Assembly (NCBI GenBank): GCA_963787445.1
Contig: CAWBCT010000005.1
Coordinates: 224,001-288,000 of the forward strand
DNA length: 64,000 nucleotides
Direction: 5' to 3'
Origin: an uncultured archaeon
Lineage (GTDB): Archaea > Micrarchaeota > Micrarchaeia > Micrarchaeales > CABMGC01
Positions 58,142 through 64,000 of the stretch are shown piece after piece; position 1 is the first letter of the stretch, and every line of letters begins with the position of its first letter. The position numbers and the translations under genes are program-made. The notes under the pieces were generated by a model that made no database searches, was not told the DNA's origin, and was given only the letters and a program-made list of their open reading frames with translations.

Positions 58142-59581
58142 ATGGAGATCTCAAAGATATCTGATGTTAAATTTTCAATAGCGAAGGGAGCCCAGCCCGG
58201 AATGAATGGCGGAGTGGTCGTCTATGCCACGGAACCCATGCTGGAGAAGATGAAGGGAGATACTACACTTCAGCAGGCGATGAATGCGACAACCCTTCCG
58301 GGACTTATTGGAAACGTCTTGGTGATGCCCGATGGCCACCAAGGCTACGGCTTTCCGGTCGGTGGAGTTGCGGCATTTGATGCGGAAAACGGGATAATCT
58401 CACCGGGAGCGGTGGGCTTCGACATCAATTGCGGCGTACGCCTGATAAAGACAAACCTTACGGAGAAGGATTTGAAAGGAAATATCACTCAACTCTCCGA
58501 TGCACTCTTCAAGAATGTGCCAACGGGCGTTGGCAGCAAACTAAACCTAGGATTCACGCAGAGCGACCTTGAGAAAGTTGCACACGAAGGGGCAGAGTAC
58601 GCCATAGGCAAGGGCTTCGGGATGGAAAGTGACACGGAAAGCATAGAAGAGAACGGAAGACTTGCCGGGGCGGACTTCAAGGAGGTTAGCAAAGAGGCCA
58701 AGTCAAGAGGCCTGAACCAGTTGGGAACCCTAGGCGCAGGCAACCACTTTCTAGAAGTCCAAAAAGTAGAGAAGATATTTGATGAAAAGATTGCAAAGGC
58801 GTACGGGCTTGAGGAAAACCAGGTAGTGATAATGGTGCACACCGGCTCTCGCGGCTTCGGGCACCAGATCTGCAGCGACTTCCTGCGCACCCTGGTAACC
58901 TACCAGCAGGAGCACAACATAAGCATCGTTGACAAGGAGCTGAGCTACGCGCACATCGGCAGCAAGGAGGCGAACAGCTACATAAAGGCGATGAACTGCG
59001 CAGTCAACTTCGCTTTCACCAACAGGCAGATGATAACCCACCTCGTAAGAAAGAGTTTCTCGGAAGTGTTCGGCAGGAGCGCAGACGCGCTTGGCATGGA
59101 GCTGCTTTATGACGTTGCGCACAATATCGCAAAGCCCGAGATGCACACTTTTGAAGGAAAGAAGCGCATGCTTTACATACACCGCAAGGGCGCCACGCGC
59201 GCGTATCCAAAGGGCCTGGCTGAGGTACCTAGGAAATACCGCGCAGTTGGGCAGCCGGTCATAATACCGGGAAGCATGAGCACCGGAAGCTACGTCCTAT
59301 GCGGGATGGAGGGCTCGATGACGGAGTCTTTTGGCTCTGCCTGCCACGGTTCCGGCAGGGTGATGTCTCGCCACCAGGCGATGCGCGACATTCCGGCATC
59401 AAAGACATTTGAGTCGCTCAAGGCGAAGCACATTGAGATAAGGGTAAAGACACGGAAGCTCATAAGCGAGGAGGCGGAGTGGGCCTACAAGAACCCGGAT
59501 GACGTGGTCAGCGTCGTTGAACGGGCGAATCTTGCAAAGATCGTGTCAAAGAACAAGCCGATGATAGTGATAAAGGGATGA
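58142..59581 (+). CDS. rtcB: RNA-splicing ligase RtcB
   Basis: MPDGHQGYGFPVG, DINCGVR, GTLGAGNHFLE, HTGSRG, HNIA, HRKGATRA, HGSGR, EEA..AYK. Confidence 0.97.
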   Translation: MEISKISDVKFSIAKGAQPGMNGGVVVYATEPMLEKMKGDTTLQQAMNATTLPGLIGNVLVMPDGHQGYGFPVGGVAAFDAENGIISPGAVGFDINCGVRLIKTNLTEKDLKGNITQLSDALFKNVPTGVGSKLNLGFTQSDLEKVAHEGAEYAIGKGFGMESDTESIEENGRLAGADFKEVSKEAKSRGLNQLGTLGAGNHFLEVQKVEKIFDEKIAKAYGLEENQVVIMVHTGSRGFGHQICSDFLRTLVTYQQEHNISIVDKELSYAHIGSKEANSYIKAMNCAVNFAFTNRQMITHLVRKSFSEVFGRSADALGMELLYDVAHNIAKPEMHTFEGKKRMLYIHRKGATRAYPKGLAEVPRKYRAVGQPVIIPGSMSTGSYVLCGMEGSMTESFGSACHGSGRVMSRHQAMRDIPASKTFESLKAKHIEIRVKTRKLISEEAEWAYKNPDDVVSVVERANLAKIVSKNKPMIVIKG

Positions 59582-59585
59582 CTGG

Positions 59586-60419
59586 TCAAAGGGCTGTCTT
59601 TTCCTTGAACCCCTTTATGCTTCTGAGCAGATAACCGCTCATTGGCATGTTGATGCTGGTCGAGAGTGCTTCGAGTATTGTTATTGCATCGTCAAACTCC
59701 TTTTTCTGCGCCAGCATTCTGGCCGCGTAGTAGGCCGCGCCGGGTTCGCCGGCATTCAACAGAGGCCGTATGAACTGGATTGAATCGGGGCTCTTTGCGT
59801 TTACGGCATAGGCCATATTCGCATAGGACCTGGCAAGCCCTCCGGTCTGTATCTTATTGAGCTGCTCTAGGGCCCCGTGGGCTTGGAACATCCGGCCTAA
59901 TTTAATGTTGCAAAGGATATCCGTGTACACTAGAGAGGTGATGTCTTCTGCGTGGTCTACGTGCTGAATTACGTCAAGCGCCTTGTAGAAGTACTCCTTT
60001 GACTTTGATGCGAGGTCCAAGGATGCGCGGATGTTGTCTGAGTTCTGCTCCATGAAATCTTCAAGCGCGTAGTTGAGTCCTGCATACTTTGATGAGGATG
60101 CAGCCCAGTAAAGAGTTCCAATGCCGTAGAACACCAATGGATTTGGTGCTTTACTTTTTGTCTCATCCGCAAAGGAGTCAATAGCTTTGGTTTCACCTTT
60201 AATCGCCTCGGCATTAAGGGTCGCCATATTTTTGGTGCCATCTGCAGAGACTTTAGACTTTTGGAAATAGGATTCGCAGAAGTTGCAGACCGTCTCATCT
60301 GGCAGAACGCCCATGCTGAATGCGCCGCAGTAGGGGCAGGCTGTGCCGTAGGCCTTTCTGACCGCCTCGATCTGGTCCAAACACTGCTTTACAAGGCTTT
60401 GCAAATACTCATCCAACAT
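59586..60419 (-). CDS. Hypothetical protein with Zn-ribbon and TPR-like helices
   Basis: CPYC...CNFC followed by a helical repeat-like region. Confidence 0.65.
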   Translation of the reverse strand: MLDEYLQSLVKQCLDQIEAVRKAYGTACPYCGAFSMGVLPDETVCNFCESYFQKSKVSADGTKNMATLNAEAIKGETKAIDSFADETKSKAPNPLVFYGIGTLYWAASSSKYAGLNYALEDFMEQNSDNIRASLDLASKSKEYFYKALDVIQHVDHAEDITSLVYTDILCNIKLGRMFQAHGALEQLNKIQTGGLARSYANMAYAVNAKSPDSIQFIRPLLNAGEPGAAYYAARMLAQKKEFDDAITILEALSTSINMPMSGYLLRSIKGFKEKTAL

Positions 60420-60420
60420 T

Positions 60421-61080
60421 TTACTCTTTTTTGAAAACGACAAAACTGTGCATCTTGTCAAACGGCTCTATGTTTATCTGCTCCACCTGCCTGAGCTCCC
60501 TGCCCACCTGGTCGGTAAATTCCCGAAAAACCTCCTGGGGCCTTCTGGAGACATCAATGCTCTGTGATTTTATCGCAACGTAGGCATAGCCGCCCTTCTT
60601 TAGCAGAGTTGCATTCCTCAGGAACATCTCGGCCTGGTCCGGCGCTGAGACGTCCTGGTAGAGTATGTCCACGGTTCCGACGTCGTCGGCGTAGGCCTCT
60701 ATCTTCCTCGCATCTTCGAAGATGGGAAACATGTTCTCCCTCTTTTCGCAGACGTTGAGCAGGTCCCGCATGCTGCGCTTGGAGATCTCCACACAGTAGA
60801 CGCTGCCGCTCATCTGGACTATGTCGCTTACATGGCTTGAGGTGGTGCCAGTGGCTGCACCAAGGTAAAGCACTGAAGAGCCTCTCGCTATCTTCATGGT
60901 CTTCAGTTTGTTCGACAGGGCGGCGGCGAGCTTGCTCCGGTAGGGATTCCATAGACGGTACTCCGTTCCACCCACTGTCTTGAGCTCCTCATCGTACACC
61001 CGGTTGCCCGGCACAAGGTTCCTGGTGGCCAGCTTGCCGTCCAGCTTGAATACGCCATCGAAGAGTTCTGTCAGGGTCAT
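60421..61080 (-). CDS. flpA: Fibrillarin-like rRNA 2'-O-methyltransferase
   Basis: YRLWNPYRSKLAA, LYLGAATGTTSSHVSD, QDVSAPDQ, KSQSID. Confidence 0.96.
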   Translation of the reverse strand: MTLTELFDGVFKLDGKLATRNLVPGNRVYDEELKTVGGTEYRLWNPYRSKLAAALSNKLKTMKIARGSSVLYLGAATGTTSSHVSDIVQMSGSVYCVEISKRSMRDLLNVCEKRENMFPIFEDARKIEAYADDVGTVDILYQDVSAPDQAEMFLRNATLLKKGGYAYVAIKSQSIDVSRRPQEVFREFTDQVGRELRQVEQINIEPFDKMHSFVVFKKE

Positions 61081-61145
61081 ACGAACACAAGTTTTTATAG
61101 TTGATATCCTTATGGAGTTATTGAATATTCCATTCTGGTAATAAA

Positions 61146-63396
61146 ATGCTTTCCGTTGAGGCGATTCTGGAGCACATGCTTAAGATAAGCAGCGACGCCT
61201 CCGGCACCGCCCCTCTCATAAGCGGCTTTGCGGCGCAGCTGAAGGACTCCCTGAAGGCGGACGAGGCACGCTCCAACGGTCTGGACTCGAAGGGCAGCAA
61301 GCCAAACGTCGCGGAGGCCTTCGCGCTGAACACCGGGAAGCCCTACCTTGACAACAGCCTGAGCGGCTACTCCGCCTTCCCGGAGCTGATAAACTACTTC
61401 AACAACGGGTTCAGGAGCTGCCTCCTGATACCGGTGAAGTCGGACAGCAAGGGATTCGGCGCGATAACCCTTCTTTCGCGGAACGAGGCCTTCTTCAGGG
61501 AGGACGAGGTGGCGACGATACGTTTCCTGAGCAACCTGGTCGGGAGGGAGTGCGAGACGGTGAGTGAGAGGGACAGGAGGATAGCGCTCGCGCAGTACTT
61601 CGACGCCTCCTTCGAGAGCGCGGCGCCGCAGTGCGTCGTGGACAGGCAGGGCACGGTCATCCGGGCGAACAGGAGCCTGCTGAACCTGCTGGGCCTGGAG
61701 GGGAAGCAGCTGGAGGACGAGAAGCTCACCCACTTTCTTGACTTCAAGGCGAGCATGCTGGAAAAGTCGGAGGGGTCGCCTATCGAGGTCTCGAGCAAGT
61801 TCGGCAGGAGGCTCTCCATAAACTCAAAGGCCATAAACGGCGAGCTGTTCCATCTCCTCGTAAGGGACGTGACGGAGCTGGGCACCCTGAGGGGACGCGA
61901 GGCCTTCTTCTCCTACGGGACAGAAGAGGGCTTCCTGCTTCTCGATCCCAGCACAAGGATATACTGGGCAAGCCCGAACATGGCAAGGGCGTTCAGATGT
62001 GGAGCCCGACTATCTTGTCGGCAAGAAGCTCCTTGACCTGGTGAAGAATAGGGAGGTCCTCTCTGGACTGGGCGCCATCGGCGCTGGTCAGCCTCCGACC
62101 TACGAGCTTGACATCAAGCTTGCAAACGACATCAACGCCAATGCGAAGGCGACCATCCTGAAGAACGAGTACGGCTTTGGAGTTATACTGGCAAGAAACA
62201 ACGAGCGCTTCGTGAGCAACATGCGCCGCGGCCTCGACGAGCTGATGCGCGTCTCGAGCGACATGGTGATGATACTCGACAGCCTAGGCTACATAAGGAG
62301 CATAAACCGGAGCGCCGAGAAGCTGCTCAAGTACAAGGGGGAGGAGCTGAACGGCCTCTCGATCTCCTCGCTGTGCGCCGACTCGGAAAGCCAGATGCGC
62401 ATAAGCAACGGCCTGAACATAGCGAGGACGAGCGGGATCGTCACGGACATCTTTGTGAACTGGAACGCGAAGGGCGCGCCGGCGCCGCTTCCGGCTCAGC
62501 AGAACATACGCCCGATGTACGACGAGTCGAACCGGCTTTCGGGCTACATGCTGGTCGGGAAGGAGCTGGCGACGAAGAACACCATAGCGAGGCTGGAGGA
62601 GCTCTCGGGGAAGAACGAGAAGGACATGAGGAAGTACAAGGAGGAGAGCGAGCGCAAGACGGATTTCATAAACAGCATCTCGCACGACCTGAAGACCCCG
62701 ATAACCAGCATCTCGGGCTTTGCGAAGCTGATGCTCGAGGACAGCTCCTACGGTAAGCTAAATGAGGAGCAGGAGAACACGCTGAAGATAATAATAGACG
62801 AGGCGAAGAGGCTCTCCTTGCTGATAGAGCGCATACTCGACGTGGCGAAGCTCGAGGCGAACAAGATAAAGCTTGACCTGCAGCAGGTCAACTTCAACGA
62901 GCTCAGCCAGAACGCGGGCATAAAGTCGTTGGAAGGCGCGGCCACGCAGAAGGGCCTGTACTTCAGGTTCATCGTAGAGTACGATGTGCCGGTGATAGAG
63001 GCCGACCCGAACCGCCTGATACAGGTGTTTGTGAACCTGGTAGGCAACGCGATAAAGTTCACGGAGAAGGGCGGGATAACAGTGCACGTCACCAGGAACG
63101 GGAAGAAGAGCAAGAGGGTGAGGATCGGCGTGAAGGACACGGGCATAGGGATAAGCAAGGAGGACAAGGCGAGGCTGTTCAAGAAGTTCTTCCAGATAAA
63201 CAAGGACGAGGCGCTGAGAAGGGGCGGCTCGGGCACAGGGCTGGGGCTCACGATAGCGAAGGAGCTGGTGAACCTGCACGGAGGCAGCATAGGCATAGAG
63301 GCGGAGCCGGGCAAGGGGAGCGAGTTCTGGTTCACGCTGCCGGTAAGCGGCCCGAAGAAGAAGGGCGCGCTGGCTTCGGAAGCCAAGGCCGCGTAA
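61146..63396 (+). CDS. Cytoplasmic GAF/PAS sensor histidine kinase, one frameshift near 62000
   Basis: GAF-like and PAS segments; ISHDLKTP H-box, NLVGNAIKFT N-box, DTGIGI, FKKFFQ, GTGLGL. Confidence 0.88.
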
Positions 63397-63525
63397 AACA
63401 AAAACCTATTTATTTTCGGGCCGACACTACCGCATGCTGCTTGGAGTAGAAGGGACTAGTGCTGCTGAGAAAAGATTCCTAGGAGAGGTAAAAAACGGGT
63501 TCATCCTGGAAGAGGAGAATCCGAG

Positions 63526-64000
63526 CTACAGCTTCTGAAGCTTTATCAACTCATCGGCCACTGCGAGAATCTGCCTGGGCTGCATCTTGAAGACGCGCTC
63601 ATTATCGGGAAGGCGCCCCAGGAACTGCCTGAGCTTTGGCTCTCCGATGTTTAGGCCGTGGCGCGCATCGTGCAGGGCGGTCTTGAGGGTCTTCTTCTTG
63701 TGCTGCATTATCAGGTTTATCACTTCGTCCTGGGAGTGTGACAGGCCTTTCCCTACGGGCTTCATGAAGATTACGGCGGAGTCGATGGACGGGGCAGGCC
63801 TGAAGTACCTCCGCGGCACCTTCATTATCTCGACTATCCTGAAGGAGAGGGCGCAGGTGACGCTGAGCCTTGAGTAGCTGTCGCTGCCTGCGGGCGCCAT
63901 CATGTGCTCAACGAACTCCTTCTGCAGGCAGAGGACGGCCTCCTTGTTGTTGTCACGGAGCCAGCCGATGGTCTTGCTTGAGAGGCTGTAGGGAATGTTG
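63526..64000 (-). CDS. rsmA: 16S rRNA m6,2A dimethyltransferase KsgA/Dim1, C-terminal part
   Basis: NIPYSLSS at the window edge; LQKEF, YSRLSV, F.PAPSIDSAV, HKKKTL. Confidence 0.9.
   Translation of the reverse strand, partial: NIPYSLSSKTIGWLRDNNKEAVLCLQKEFVEHMMAPAGSDSYSRLSVTCALSFRIVEIMKVPRRYFRPAPSIDSAVIFMKPVGKGLSHSQDEVINLIMQHKKKTLKTALHDARHGLNIGEPKLRQFLGRLPDNERVFKMQPRQILAVADELIKLQKL

Noticed and set aside
63434-63538. 34-aa ORF MLLGVEGTSAAEKRFLGEVKNGFILEEENPSYSF
   Set aside because: Has a TATA-like sequence upstream but no motif and overlaps the ksgA end; cannot be supported.

Overview
Chromosomal segment of an archaeon, most consistent with a DPANN/Micrarchaeota-like genome (inferred from gene content and intron-rich tRNAs, not from a phylogeny). 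It holds housekeeping genes (class I LysRS, rps13-rps4-rps11, archaeal SAM synthetase, deoxyhypusine synthase, RtcB, fibrillarin, KsgA/Dim1), a class III ribonucleotide reductase locus whose glycyl-radical domain is a separate 61-aa gene, an isoprenoid cluster (MVK-PMK-MVD, cis-prenyltransferase, dolichol/phytol kinase-like), an Lhr-phosphoesterase-RNase HI operon, two unusual AAA+ ATPases, an orphan REC/GGDEF-like regulator and an orphan PAS histidine kinase, and a large surface-glycan island (about 33-57 kb) that is heavily frameshifted between about 43.5 and 54.2 kb (probably consensus indel errors). Reading outside the ORF track gave three intron-containing tRNAs (Ser-GGA with two introns, Tyr-GTA, Leu-CAA with a T-loop intron) and a 55-aa, 11-Cys metallothionein-like microprotein. 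A frameshift-split secreted protein rich in beta-strands, possibly a beta-barrel, is also flagged. No CRISPR array, rRNA or mobile element was seen. Functional calls come from motif recognition by eye; no searches were run.
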